Shown here one piece after another: positions 8,289 to 18,480 of a stretch of DNA of 36,806 nucleotides (position 1 is its first letter; each line of letters begins with the position of its first letter). Position numbers and translations under genes: made by a program. The stretch comes from Methanomassiliicoccales archaeon (GTDB taxonomy: Archaea > Thermoplasmatota > Thermoplasmata > Methanomassiliicoccales > Methanomethylophilaceae): assembly GCA_900767505.1 (NCBI GenBank), contig CAAFZG010000061.1, forward strand, positions 1-36,806, read 5' to 3'. The notes below the pieces were generated by a model that saw only the letters and a list, made by a program, of their open reading frames with translations, made no database searches and had not been told where the DNA came from.

Positions 8289-10338
8289 GTCGATGAGTAG
8301 GATTGTGATCGTGGGTACCAAAACCCATCTTGACGAGGCTATAGATGCACTTTTCGAGGTAGGCAGTATCCACCTGATCGATCAGACCGTCGACGCGGAT
8401 GAAGGTTTCACCTTGGGAACACCTCGTCCATACTCGTCCAAAGCATCCGAGAGGCTGCTCAAGGTACGTGCTATGGAAAAGGAACTCGGTATCACCAAAA
8501 AGATGAAGACCGATGTCGTTTCCGAGGCTGAGATCAAGAGCCAGATATCATCTGACAGCGTCGAGCTTGTCGAGAAGGAGATCAACTCCATCATCGACAA
8601 GAGGAATGATCTCAATCAGAGAATCACCGAGCTAAACGCTACGAAGAAGAATCTTGAGCTCCTTTCCGTTCTTCCCGTGGACCTTGAGTTGTACTCCGGT
8701 TACAGGAGTATCTACTCCGCGGTAGGAACCATTGCCGAGGATCCCACAGCAGCCCTTTCGGGAATCGACTGTGAGGTCTTCTCTTCTTTCGACAAGAAGA
8801 ACGGCAATGTCATAGCTGTTTTCGCAAGGATCGCAGACCGTGAAAAGGTCCAGGCTATCCTTTCCGAGAACGGATTCTCCGAGATCGCAGTGCCTGAGGG
8901 TACTGGTTCAGTGGTCGGAGCCCTCGAGGCCAACGCCCGCGAGATCCAGGACACCGAGGCTGCACTCGGAAACATGGAAACGGAAATCAAGAGCCTTCTT
9001 GAGAAACACAAGAACTTCCTCAGTGCGTCTGACGAGGAACTCAGGATCGAGGTCCAGAAGGGAGAGATCCCGGTTAGGATCGCGAACAGCGAGTACACAT
9101 TCGTCGTTGACGCATGGGTACCCGAGGCCAAGGCCGAGTCTGTCAAACAGAAGATCGAGACCATGGTCGAAGGTGTCTATGTGGAGCTTCAGGAGACCCG
9201 TGGCAGGTCCATGGAGGAATCCGAAGCTGCTGAGGAAAGATTCAAAGACGCTCCGACTAAGTTCAACAATGGAAAAGTCGTGAAGGAGTTCGAGTACCCG
9301 ACTAAGCTCGTGTCGGTACCGAAGTATCAGGAAATTGACCCTTCCATCCTGATAGCAATCTTCCTTCCGATGTTCTTCGGACTTATGGTCGGAGACGTGG
9401 GATATGCTATCCCGTTCATAATAATCGGTGCATACGGACTTAAGGTCACGCACCACAAGGACTGGCGCGCTATCGCGACCGTTCTCTTCTTTGGCGGAAT
9501 CTGGGCATTCGTGTTCGGACTGTTCTTCTTCGGAGAATGTCTGGGAATGCACTTTGTAACTTCAGCACACGCATTGAGTGTCGAGTATTCCTGGCAGATG
9601 CTGCTTGGACTTGACAATCTGCCCGGTGTGTTCGAAGGTATTCTGCCCCACGATACTGGAGTCGGAAAGCTCCATGATGTCGGACTTCTCCTGAAGCTGT
9701 CCGTGTATATCGGAATCGTTCACCTTATGATCGGTTACCTTTGCGCACTGTACAACAAGACCATCCAGCACGGATTCGGTCATGCATTCAAGGAGAAGGG
9801 AGGCTGGATCTTCGGATTCCTTGGAATCGTTCTCGTCTGTTATGCGCTTGCGATGTACCTCATCTACAGCACATCGATGGATGAGATCATGATCCCGCTT
9901 GCCCTTGGATTTGTGTTCATCGTGATCGAGATCGTGATGAACATCAAACACGAGGGAATCCAGGCTGTTCTCGAACTGCCCGGAATCGTCGGAAACATTC
10001 TTTCCTACACTCGTTTGGCTGCTATCGGAATGTCCAAGGCCGGTATGGCTTTGGCTTTCAACTACATTGCTCTCGGAATGGTTGCAGGTGTGGAGATCGT
10101 CGGCGGTGGTATCGTCAACACATTCGGTGTGATGGATATCGTCGGTCTGTTGCTCTTCGTCTTCCTGCATCTCATGATCTGGACCCTTGCTATCCTGTCC
10201 GCAGGTCTGCACGGTCTCAGGTTGCAGTTCGTCGAGCTTATGGCCAAATTCTATGAGGGTGGAGGTATCGAGTACAACCCCCTCAAGATCAAACGCGAAA
10301 AAACCGTTTCAAACAAGAAAACAACCACAGAGGTGTAA
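8275..10338 (+). CDS. atpI: A1AO ATP synthase subunit I (a)
   Basis: 687 aa; PKYQEIDP, GDVGY, SYTRLAA, HGLRLQFVE..KFY.GGG. Confidence 0.97.
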   Translation: MSLPESMSRIVIVGTKTHLDEAIDALFEVGSIHLIDQTVDADEGFTLGTPRPYSSKASERLLKVRAMEKELGITKKMKTDVVSEAEIKSQISSDSVELVEKEINSIIDKRNDLNQRITELNATKKNLELLSVLPVDLELYSGYRSIYSAVGTIAEDPTAALSGIDCEVFSSFDKKNGNVIAVFARIADREKVQAILSENGFSEIAVPEGTGSVVGALEANAREIQDTEAALGNMETEIKSLLEKHKNFLSASDEELRIEVQKGEIPVRIANSEYTFVVDAWVPEAKAESVKQKIETMVEGVYVELQETRGRSMEESEAAEERFKDAPTKFNNGKVVKEFEYPTKLVSVPKYQEIDPSILIAIFLPMFFGLMVGDVGYAIPFIIIGAYGLKVTHHKDWRAIATVLFFGGIWAFVFGLFFFGECLGMHFVTSAHALSVEYSWQMLLGLDNLPGVFEGILPHDTGVGKLHDVGLLLKLSVYIGIVHLMIGYLCALYNKTIQHGFGHAFKEKGGWIFGFLGIVLVCYALAMYLIYSTSMDEIMIPLALGFVFIVIEIVMNIKHEGIQAVLELPGIVGNILSYTRLAAIGMSKAGMALAFNYIALGMVAGVEIVGGGIVNTFGVMDIVGLLLFVFLHLMIWTLAILSAGLHGLRLQFVELMAKFYEGGGIEYNPLKIKREKTVSNKKTTTEV

Positions 10339-10343
10339 GTAAA

Positions 10344-10577
10344 ATGGCAGACATTGGAATAGGACTTATCGCAATCGGAGCAGGACTCGCAGTCGGACTC
10401 ACCGGTCTCGGAGCCGGTATGGCCGAGAAAGATGTCGGAGCCGCAGCCGTCGGAGCCATCACTGAGGACCAGTCTCTCTTCGGAAAGGCAATGATCTTCA
10501 TGGTTCTCCCTGAGACCATCGTCATCTTCGGACTGGTCGTCGCTATCCTCGGTATCTTCGTAATGGCTAACATGTGA
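10344..10577 (+). CDS. atpK: A1AO ATP synthase subunit K (c)
   Basis: 77-aa single hairpin proteolipid with PETIVIFG. Confidence 0.97.
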   Translation: MADIGIGLIAIGAGLAVGLTGLGAGMAEKDVGAAAVGAITEDQSLFGKAMIFMVLPETIVIFGLVVAILGIFVMANM

Positions 10578-10597
10578 GCTCGCCAAGAGGTAATCTC

Positions 10598-11155
10598 ATG
10601 GCACTAGCAAACGTGACTCAGGAGATCTTCAAGGCCGCTGACGACAGGGCCGCCGCCATCAAGGCTGAGGCCGACGCAGAGATCACAAAGATCAACGCCG
10701 ACGCGGATGCGAAGATCGCTGAGACAAAAGAGAAAGAGGACAAGAAGCTCAAAGAAGCCGTTGAGCGTCTCAACCGTCAGGAGCTGTCCAGCGCAGAGCT
10801 GGAGAGCAAGAAGATCGTCCTGGCGAAGAAGAAGGAGCTCCTCACCGAGGCATTCGACAGCACCCTCGCAGGTCTTGAGAACGCTTCCAGCGATGTTAAG
10901 CTGGAGCAGTACAAGGCAATGGTCGAGGCTGCCAAGAAGGTCATCGAGAACCCCAAGGCCATCATGTCCGAGAACGACTCGTTCTCCGCATCCGACCTCG
11001 GTGTCTCGTCGGTCGAGAAGGACAGCAGGATCAAGGCCGGTCTCATCCTCCAGAGCGAGGACGGATCCGTCGAGGTCGACATGCAGTACTCCACACTTCT
11101 TCAGGCGATCTGGGACCGTGAGATGAAGTCTGTGTCAGACATTCTCTTCGGGTGA
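10598..11155 (+). CDS. atpE: A1AO ATP synthase subunit E
   Basis: Operon position, coiled-coil N-terminus, GAGGT SD before ATG 10598. Confidence 0.92.
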   Translation: MALANVTQEIFKAADDRAAAIKAEADAEITKINADADAKIAETKEKEDKKLKEAVERLNRQELSSAELESKKIVLAKKKELLTEAFDSTLAGLENASSDVKLEQYKAMVEAAKKVIENPKAIMSENDSFSASDLGVSSVEKDSRIKAGLILQSEDGSVEVDMQYSTLLQAIWDREMKSVSDILFG

Positions 11156-12216
11156 AGCGTATGTTCATGTCCAGCGGAAGAAAAGGCAACTACGCGTACA
11201 CCGTAGCCAGGGTGAAAGCGAAGAAATCGCTTCTCCTCGGCGACGAGGACTACAACAAGATGCTGCAGATGAGCGTTCCCGAAATCTCCCGCTACATCAG
11301 CGAGTCCGGGTATCAGAAGGAGATGACCGATCTGGCCTCGAAGCTCGACGGCATCGATCTCCTTGAGCACGCCACCTACTCCAACATGGCAAAGGTGTTC
11401 AGCAGTATCCTTGCAGCCTCTCAGGGTGAGCTCCAGACGATGGTTGCGGCGTATCTCGAGAAATGGGATATCTGGAACCTCAAGGTCATCCTCCGCGGTA
11501 AGTCATACGGTCTAGATGCGGAAGCGGTCAGGGAGGATCTTGTTCCCGCCGGAAGTCTCGGCGAGGAAGAGCTGGAGAAGCTCATCGCCCTTGACAATGA
11601 TGAGGATATCCTCGCCGCATACAGCAAAATGGAGAAGGTTTCGATCCCCCAGGAGATCATGTCTTCCTACAGGGAGAAGAGAAACCTCGGAGAGATCGAG
11701 GACTACCTCGACAAGTTCCACTACACCAGGCTGCTGGCCAGCATCAAACCCGACTCAAGGCCCACGAAGATGTTCGAGGAGTACGTGAGGAAGGAGATCG
11801 ACGTCAGGAATCTCGAGACGATACTCAAGCTGAAAGCCGAGGGTATCTACGGAGAGGTCGTGATGGACTACATCATACCCGGCGGAAAGCAGGTGGACAA
11901 GAGGTTCGCCACGCAGCTCGCCAACGCGGAGACCATCTCGGCCGCCGCTTCCGACCTCCAGCAGCTCGAGTTCTACGATGTCATCAAGGACCTCGTCGAA
12001 GCGGACTCCGTGAACCTGAGACAGGTTGTCACAGAGATGAAGAAGTATGAGATCGCACAGGCGAAGAAGTTCTCCCACCTCTACCCCCTGTCCGTCGTCC
12101 CCGTGCTCGACTACATGATCCACAAGGAGATCGAAGTCGGCAACATCAGGACCATCGCCAGAGGAACAGAGAGCGGTCTCGCGAAAGACACCATCAAAGG
12201 ACTGCTGGTGATCTGA
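11152..12216 (+). CDS. atpC: A1AO ATP synthase subunit C
   Basis: YAY..ARV, NLK.ILRGK, E..NIR.IARG. Confidence 0.95.
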   Translation: MKRMFMSSGRKGNYAYTVARVKAKKSLLLGDEDYNKMLQMSVPEISRYISESGYQKEMTDLASKLDGIDLLEHATYSNMAKVFSSILAASQGELQTMVAAYLEKWDIWNLKVILRGKSYGLDAEAVREDLVPAGSLGEEELEKLIALDNDEDILAAYSKMEKVSIPQEIMSSYREKRNLGEIEDYLDKFHYTRLLASIKPDSRPTKMFEEYVRKEIDVRNLETILKLKAEGIYGEVVMDYIIPGGKQVDKRFATQLANAETISAAASDLQQLEFYDVIKDLVEADSVNLRQVVTEMKKYEIAQAKKFSHLYPLSVVPVLDYMIHKEIEVGNIRTIARGTESGLAKDTIKGLLVI

Positions 12217-12521
12217 TGGAAATCGCAGTAATTGGCAGCGACGAGTTCGTACTGGGATTCCGCCTTGCCGGAATCAGGCGCGTGTTCGTCGCAAATCCTG
12301 ACAACTACCAGGAGAAAATGCTGGAAGCTATGTCCCAGCCATCAATTGGTATCCTCGCAGTGGATGCGAAGGATCTCGACAATCTCTCCCTTGCCGTCAG
12401 GCACAAGGTCATGGATTCGATCCAGCCCGTTGTTGTGCCCGTAGGAGGCGACCAGAGCGACCTCCGCGAGAAGGTGAAGAGAGCGATTGGCGTTGACTTA
12501 TACAAAACAGAGGATGAATAA
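12216..12521 (+). CDS. atpF: A1AO ATP synthase subunit F
   Basis: [15 protein letters not shown]...RAIGVDL. Confidence 0.96.
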   Translation: MEIAVIGSDEFVLGFRLAGIRRVFVANPDNYQEKMLEAMSQPSIGILAVDAKDLDNLSLAVRHKVMDSIQPVVVPVGGDQSDLREKVKRAIGVDLYKTEDE

Positions 12522-12523
12522 GA

Positions 12524-14254
12524 ATGAGCACTGAAGGTGTAATTTACAGGGTCGCCGGACCTGTGGTGACTGCCACCGGTATCTCCCCCAGGATGTACGA
12601 TGTCGTGCACGTTGGAGAGGAGCAGCTGATGGGAGAGGTCATCAAGATCGTCGGCGACTACTCCATCATCCAGGTTTATGAGGATACCTCGGGTATCAAA
12701 CCCGGGGAGCCGGTCACCAACACCGGTAGGCCTCTCTCCGTTGAGCTCGGCCCCGGCCTCCTTACCTCCGTTTACGACGGAATCCAGAGGCCCCTTCCCG
12801 TTCTCAGGGAGAAAATGGGAGACTTCATCTACCGTGGAGTTTCCGCACCTGGACTGGATCACAGCAAGAAATGGGACTTCGTCCCTGTAGCCAAAGAAGG
12901 AGACGTCATCTCCGCCGGACAGGTTCTCGGAACCGTCCAGGAAGGACCCATGGTCCACAAGATCATGGTCCCCGTCGACATCGCAAAGGGAAAGATCGAG
13001 TCCATCAAGGGCGGATCCTTCACCATCGATGAGACCATCGCGGTCATCGACGGAAAAGAGGTCTCCATGCTCCAGTACTGGCCGGTCCGTGTACCCAGGC
13101 CCGTTCTCGAGAAGTACCAGCCCGATGTCCCCCTCGTGACCGGACTCAGGGTCCTCGACACCATGTTCCCCCTCGCCAAGGGAGGAGCAGCGGCAATCCC
13201 CGGTGCATTCGGTACCGGAAAGACCGTTACTCAGCAGTCCCTGGCCAAATACTCCGATGCAGAGATCGTCGTCTATATCGGATGCGGAGAGCGTGGAAAC
13301 GAGATGACCGAGGTTCTGACAGAGTTCCCCGAACTGGAGGACCCCAGGACCGGAGAGTCCCTGATGAAGAGGACCGTCCTTATCGCCAACACGTCCAACA
13401 TGCCTGTCGCTGCAAGGGAAGCTTCCGTTTACACTGGAATGACCATCGCCGAGTACTTCAGGGACATGGGATACAACGTGTCTCTCATGGCAGACTCCAC
13501 CTCCAGGTGGGCAGAGGCTATGCGTGAGATCTCCTCCAGGCTCGAAGAGATGCCCGGAGAAGAGGGATACCCCGCATACCTTGCCGGACGTCTGTCCGAG
13601 TTCTACGAGCGTGCATGCCGTGCAAAGACCCTCTGCGGAGAGGACGGATCCATCTCCGTTATCGGTGCGGTTTCCCCGCCCGGAGGAGATCTTTCCGAGC
13701 CTGTTACTCAGAACACCCTCCGTATCGTCCGTGTCTTCTGGGCTTTGGACACCAAGCTGAGGGAGAGGAGGCACTTCCCCACAATCAACTGGCTTACCTC
13801 GTACACCATGTACGACAAACAGCTGATCCAGTGGTACAAGGACAATGTCGCCGAGGACTTCCCCGCACTCAGGGCATGGGCCATGCAGATCCTCCAGAAG
13901 GAGTCTGAGCTGCAGGAGGTCGTGCAGATGGTCGGTTCCGATTCACTGCCCGACGAGCAGAAGGTCACCCTCGAGGTCGCCAAGATGATCCGTGAGATCT
14001 TCCTCCAGCAGAACGCATACCACCCCGTCGACTGTTACTGCCCCATCCAGAGGCAGCACGTCATGATGACGCTGATCAAGAAGTACTCCGACCTGGCCGA
14101 CAAGGCCCTCGCCGCCGGTGTACCTGTCGACAAGATCGTGTACCTCCCCGTCAGGACCAGGTTCAACCAGGCCAAGTACGAGGAGACCATCGATCAGGAG
14201 CTGAAGGCCGTATCCGAGGATATGGACAAGCAGTTCGCTGAGCTCGGAGTGTGA
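12524..14254 (+). CDS. atpA: A1AO ATP synthase subunit A (no intein)
   Basis: [35 protein letters not shown]. Confidence 0.98.
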   Translation: MSTEGVIYRVAGPVVTATGISPRMYDVVHVGEEQLMGEVIKIVGDYSIIQVYEDTSGIKPGEPVTNTGRPLSVELGPGLLTSVYDGIQRPLPVLREKMGDFIYRGVSAPGLDHSKKWDFVPVAKEGDVISAGQVLGTVQEGPMVHKIMVPVDIAKGKIESIKGGSFTIDETIAVIDGKEVSMLQYWPVRVPRPVLEKYQPDVPLVTGLRVLDTMFPLAKGGAAAIPGAFGTGKTVTQQSLAKYSDAEIVVYIGCGERGNEMTEVLTEFPELEDPRTGESLMKRTVLIANTSNMPVAAREASVYTGMTIAEYFRDMGYNVSLMADSTSRWAEAMREISSRLEEMPGEEGYPAYLAGRLSEFYERACRAKTLCGEDGSISVIGAVSPPGGDLSEPVTQNTLRIVRVFWALDTKLRERRHFPTINWLTSYTMYDKQLIQWYKDNVAEDFPALRAWAMQILQKESELQEVVQMVGSDSLPDEQKVTLEVAKMIREIFLQQNAYHPVDCYCPIQRQHVMMTLIKKYSDLADKALAAGVPVDKIVYLPVRTRFNQAKYEETIDQELKAVSEDMDKQFAELGV

Positions 14255-14259
14255 TTCCA

Positions 14260-15639
14260 ATGGCAGACATATCAAAAGAGTACAAGACAATCTCCGAGAT
14301 CGCCGGACCTCTGGTGTACGTCAAGAACACCGAGCCCGTCGGATACTACGAGATGGTCAACATCAGGATGTCCGATGGAACCATGAGGAGGGGACAGGTT
14401 CTCGATTCCTCCAACGACATCGTCGTCGTCCAGGTGTTCGAGGGAACCTCCGGTGTCGACAAAGACGCCTCCGTCCGTTTCCTCGGCGAGACAATGAAGA
14501 TGCCCGTTTCCAGGGATATGCTCGGCAGGGTCCTTTCCGGAGCCGGAGAGCCCCTCGACGGCGGAGCCAAGATCGTGCCCGAGAAGGAGCTCGACATCAT
14601 CGGAGCCGCTATCAACCCCTGGGCAAGGGACAGCCCGTCTGATTTCATTCAGACCGGTATCTCAACCATCGACGGAATGAACACGCTGGTCAGGGGACAG
14701 AAGCTTCCTATCTTCTCCCAGTCCGGTCTTCCCCACAACGAGATCGCTCTTCAGATCGCCAGGCAGGCAAAGGTCCGCGGCGAGAACGAGGAGTTCGCTG
14801 TGGTGTTCATCGCCATGGGTATCACCAACGAAGAGAAGCAGATGTTCATGAAGGAGTTCGAGAGGACCGGTGCCCTGAAGAGCGCTGTGGTCTTCCTGAA
14901 CCTCGCCGACGACCCCGCTGTCGAGAGGACCCTGACACCCCGTCTCGGTCTGACCACCGCGGAGTACATGGCCTTCGACCTGGGAATGCAGGTTCTGGTC
15001 ATCATGACCGATGTCACTAACTACTGCGAGGCTCTCCGTCAGATCGGAGCTGCCCGTGAGGAAGTTCCTGGAAGGCGCGGTTACCCCGGATACATGTACA
15101 CCGATCTGGCCCAGCTCTACGAGCGTGCCGGAAGGATCAAGGGAAAGAAGGGATCCATCACACAGATCCCCATCCTGACCATGCCCGGAGGAGACATCAC
15201 CCACCCGATCCCCGACCTGTCTGGATATATCACAGAGGGACAGATCGTTCTGTCCATGGAGCTCCACAGGAACGGTATCTACCCGCCGGTCAACGTTTCA
15301 TCATCCCTGTCCAGGCTGATGGGAGGCGGAACCGGTAAGGGCAAGACCCGTGAGGATCACAAGGGAGTGTCCGACCAGCTGTACGCTTCGTACGCCGAGG
15401 GTAAGGATCTCCGCGGTCTTGTGGCCATCGTCGGAAAGGACTCGCTGTCCGCAAAGGACAGGAAGCTCCTGGACTTCGCAGACCTCTTCGAGGACCGCAT
15501 CGTCCGTCAGGGAGTCGACGAGGACCGTTCCATCGAGCAGACCCTCGACATCGCTTGGGAGATCTTCACCGAGCTCGACCTCGACCAGCTGACAAGGATC
15601 GACCGCAAGTACATCGAGAAGTACCTGCCCAAGAAGTGA
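14260..15639 (+). CDS. atpB: A1AO ATP synthase subunit B
   Basis: [36 protein letters not shown]. Confidence 0.98.
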   Translation: MADISKEYKTISEIAGPLVYVKNTEPVGYYEMVNIRMSDGTMRRGQVLDSSNDIVVVQVFEGTSGVDKDASVRFLGETMKMPVSRDMLGRVLSGAGEPLDGGAKIVPEKELDIIGAAINPWARDSPSDFIQTGISTIDGMNTLVRGQKLPIFSQSGLPHNEIALQIARQAKVRGENEEFAVVFIAMGITNEEKQMFMKEFERTGALKSAVVFLNLADDPAVERTLTPRLGLTTAEYMAFDLGMQVLVIMTDVTNYCEALRQIGAAREEVPGRRGYPGYMYTDLAQLYERAGRIKGKKGSITQIPILTMPGGDITHPIPDLSGYITEGQIVLSMELHRNGIYPPVNVSSSLSRLMGGGTGKGKTREDHKGVSDQLYASYAEGKDLRGLVAIVGKDSLSAKDRKLLDFADLFEDRIVRQGVDEDRSIEQTLDIAWEIFTELDLDQLTRIDRKYIEKYLPKK

Positions 15640-15644
15640 TTCCC

Positions 15645-16280
15645 ATGGCAGCACACGATGTCACCCCCAACCGTTCAGTCCTTCTGGACCTGAAGAGGAG
15701 GATCAAGCTCACACAGGGCGGATACAAGATCCTCAAGATGAAGAGAGACGGTCTCATCATCGAGTTCTTCGAGGTCCTCGAGAAGGCCAGGAAGATGCGT
15801 GAGGGAGTATCCTCCGACTACGAGTCGGCTATGGAGAAGATCACCATCGCCCGTGCGGTAGAGGGAGAGATCGCCGTGAAAAGCGCGGCATATGCCCTCA
15901 AGGCAGATCCGCAGGTGAAACTCGGAAGCAAATCCATCATGGGAATGATGGTCCCCAAAGTGGAGGCCGAGACGATCCACACCAAGATGACCGACAAAGG
16001 TTACGGTGTGATCTCCACCTCCGCATACATCGAGGATGCGGCCGCTGCGTTTGAGAAACTCCTCAACACGCTCGTCCGTGCAGCCGAAGTGGAGACCACC
16101 ATGAAGAAGCTGCTTGATGAGATCGAGAAGACCAAGAGGCGTGTCAACGCTCTGGAATTCAAGATCATCCCCGAGCTGAAGGAAGCGGAGAGGTTCGTCA
16201 AGTTCCGTCTCGAAGAGATGGACAGGGAGAACACCACCCGCCTTAAGCACCTGAAGAGCAAAGGGGCTGCGGAAGAGTGA
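15645..16280 (+). CDS. atpD: A1AO ATP synthase subunit D
   Basis: G..ILK.KRD.L and EIEKTKRRVNALE; start at ATG 15645. Confidence 0.96.
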   Translation: MAAHDVTPNRSVLLDLKRRIKLTQGGYKILKMKRDGLIIEFFEVLEKARKMREGVSSDYESAMEKITIARAVEGEIAVKSAAYALKADPQVKLGSKSIMGMMVPKVEAETIHTKMTDKGYGVISTSAYIEDAAAAFEKLLNTLVRAAEVETTMKKLLDEIEKTKRRVNALEFKIIPELKEAERFVKFRLEEMDRENTTRLKHLKSKGAAEE

Positions 16281-16435
16281 AGTCCTTAGAGGAACGCTTG
16301 AACGAGGTCCGCGAAGACCCGGTGAAAATGAAGCGCGTCTTCACTATCGCCTGGCTTTCGGCCTACTCCATGCTTGTACTCGGCGGACTGATCATTGTCT
16401 GGGTCCTGGTCCAGAGTTTTCTGGGCCAGGCATAA
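16277..16435 (+). CDS. 52-aa single-TM protein, last gene of the ATP synthase operon
   Basis: GTGA overlap with the atpD stop; MKSLEERLNEVREDPVKMKRVFTIAWLSAYSMLVLGGLIIVWVLVQSFLGQA; lies before the terminator hairpin. Confidence 0.75.
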   Translation: MKSLEERLNEVREDPVKMKRVFTIAWLSAYSMLVLGGLIIVWVLVQSFLGQA

Positions 16436-16456
16436 ACACCTTAGGAATTCTATTCC

Positions 16457-16477
16457 TGCCGGCCGTCAAGGCCGGCA
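16457..16477. terminator. GC hairpin between the atp operon and convergent DP1 gene
   Basis: TGCCGGCC-gtcaa-GGCCGGCA. Confidence 0.6.
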
Positions 16478-16562
16478 ATACCCCACTCGGAAAAAGTCGA
16501 GTAGACGTTCAAGTTAATGCAGTGTCAAAACCATCTGTGGCACTCGGAATGCGTGCGATGCA

Positions 16563-17999
16563 TCATTCCTCATGGAAGTTATGCATCCTGATCTGACCGT
16601 TCCCAAGGTCCACGACCGGCATGATTCCGGGGTCGGGATTGAAGTTGTGCTGCTTCTGATACTCGGTCTGCGACTGCCAGGTGGATGCGTTGATCATTCT
16701 GACGCCGTTGTAGATCTCCTGACCTGCTCCGTGAACGTGTCCCGAAACGAAGATGTCGGGGATGTATTCCATGACGAGATAGTCTTTCTTCTCCGGCGCA
16801 AGCGCATTCCTCTGTCCGTAGATCGGTGCCAAGTGGCGTCTCACGCACATCTGCTTCATGACGCTCAGGGGATTCTCGTAAGTCAGATTCTGGACAGATG
16901 CGATCCAATCATCCATGCTCTTGCCGTGATATGTCATCACTGTCCTTCCCTCAACGTTCAGGTACACGGGATTGCTGACCATCAGGATGTTGGAATCGAA
17001 GTACTTGGTGAATTTGGGATTCAGAGCAGGCTGAGGTTCGGCAGGACGTGCGGCATCGTGGTTACCCGGGTGGACAACGATCTTGATGTGGTCCGGAATC
17101 TCCTTCAGATATTCGGCCAACTGCTCGTACTGGAGGTTTATGTCCTTGATGTTGAGCTCCTTGTCCTGATCGGGGAACACGCCGATGCCGTCCACGACAT
17201 CTCCAGGGAATACGATGTAGTTGATCCCCTGCTCGACGGAATTGGCCTTCAGCCAGGAGATCATCTTGTGCCAATCCGATTCAAGGAATGTCGAGCTTCC
17301 GACATGGACGTCGGAAAGGAATGCGATCTTCGATGTCGAGTCGCTCGGTTCCCATGTGTGCTGTCTGGGGATATCCGGGCGGAAGATCTTCTCCGGGATG
17401 ATCATCGTCTTCTGAAGGTTCGGTTTTCCGAGGACACCGATGACTTCGTCGTTGACGAACAGTTCCGAGTTCAGCGGGGAGTCTTTGGATATGAACACCT
17501 TTGTGGTCCCCGTATCATCTTCAATCGTGACCATTGTGTGGCCGTTCTTCGTGGTGCTGCAGTCGTAGACGAGTCCTGCGATCTTCACGTCGCGGTCAAG
17601 GGTCATGGCCCTAGAGATGTCCATGGCCTTTCCGAAGTCATGGCGCTTCTCCAGCAATCTCTTCAGACTGAGGAAACGGCTCCTGAAGAATGCGGCGAAG
17701 TCGTTGATCTTCCCCTCGCAGGTGGACTCTCCCGTGATATCTGTGCCTTTCATCACCGATATGTCGGGCGTGAACCTGTTGTCCGGTCTGATGGATTTCG
17801 ATGATTCGAATATGATCTTGTCGCCCGCGATGCAATCCATGATGTCCTGTTTGTTGACGAACATCATGTTCGAGGCAAGATGAGAGAACACGGTGTTGGT
17901 GAAACCCATCGGGTCGTTGTTGGAGAGGATCATCTCGATGGCGTCTGGTGAAAAGAAAATCTTCTTCTTCGCCGCTGCGGACAGGATCTCCTCTCTCAT
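16563..17999 (-). CDS. polB: DNA polymerase D small subunit DP1 (proofreading exonuclease)
   Basis: OB fold plus calcineurin-like motifs SDVHVGS, GDVVDG, PGNHD, YHG, RRHLAP, GHVH, TWQ.QT. Confidence 0.96.
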   Translation of the reverse strand: MREEILSAAAKKKIFFSPDAIEMILSNNDPMGFTNTVFSHLASNMMFVNKQDIMDCIAGDKIIFESSKSIRPDNRFTPDISVMKGTDITGESTCEGKINDFAAFFRSRFLSLKRLLEKRHDFGKAMDISRAMTLDRDVKIAGLVYDCSTTKNGHTMVTIEDDTGTTKVFISKDSPLNSELFVNDEVIGVLGKPNLQKTMIIPEKIFRPDIPRQHTWEPSDSTSKIAFLSDVHVGSSTFLESDWHKMISWLKANSVEQGINYIVFPGDVVDGIGVFPDQDKELNIKDINLQYEQLAEYLKEIPDHIKIVVHPGNHDAARPAEPQPALNPKFTKYFDSNILMVSNPVYLNVEGRTVMTYHGKSMDDWIASVQNLTYENPLSVMKQMCVRRHLAPIYGQRNALAPEKKDYLVMEYIPDIFVSGHVHGAGQEIYNGVRMINASTWQSQTEYQKQHNFNPDPGIMPVVDLGNGQIRMHNFHEE

Positions 18000-18090
18000 G
18001 CTCTGCAGGATGTTGGTCCGACGTATATCACTTATGATGGTACGTTCCGTGCCTATCTCCGTATTTATAGCACAGAGCGATTCGGACTAC

Positions 18091-18480
18091 ATGATTTCCA
18101 TCCGCATCTACTGTCCCGTGAACCCCAGCGAGGACCCCGAGAAAGTCCGCAAGGCGATAATGTCCATCTTCCCTGATGCGGAGGTCGAGCTGGGTGAGAA
18201 GGCGTTCGAAGGGACCCTCCCGTCTCTGGACAGTTTCGGCAAGCGCATCCGCTCTCAGAAGATCCTCGATGCGGCCAGGGGAGTGCTCCTCAGGAACCTC
18301 CACGGCAGCAAGACATACATGAGCATCAACAAGCAGGTCGCGACCGTAGGCAAGATATCGTTCGCGGACCGCAACCCCGTCCTGGGAGCGATAGAGGTCA
18401 CCATCGAAGGGGACGATCTGGAAGCGCTCATCGACCGTGTATCCCCGATGACTGTGGACGGTGAGGAGGTCAGAGTATGA
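18091..18480 (+). CDS. UPF0201/DUF54 family putative RNA-binding protein
   Basis: P.EDPEKV..A...IFP, Q.ILD.AR, NKQ.A..G; TTTATA about 25 nt upstream suggests a leaderless ATG 18091. Confidence 0.85.
   Translation: MISIRIYCPVNPSEDPEKVRKAIMSIFPDAEVELGEKAFEGTLPSLDSFGKRIRSQKILDAARGVLLRNLHGSKTYMSINKQVATVGKISFADRNPVLGAIEVTIEGDDLEALIDRVSPMTVDGEEVRV

Noticed and set aside
12524..14254. Possible intein in AtpA, as in some Thermoplasma and Pyrococcus species
   Set aside because: 576 aa with the GCGERGNE region uninterrupted
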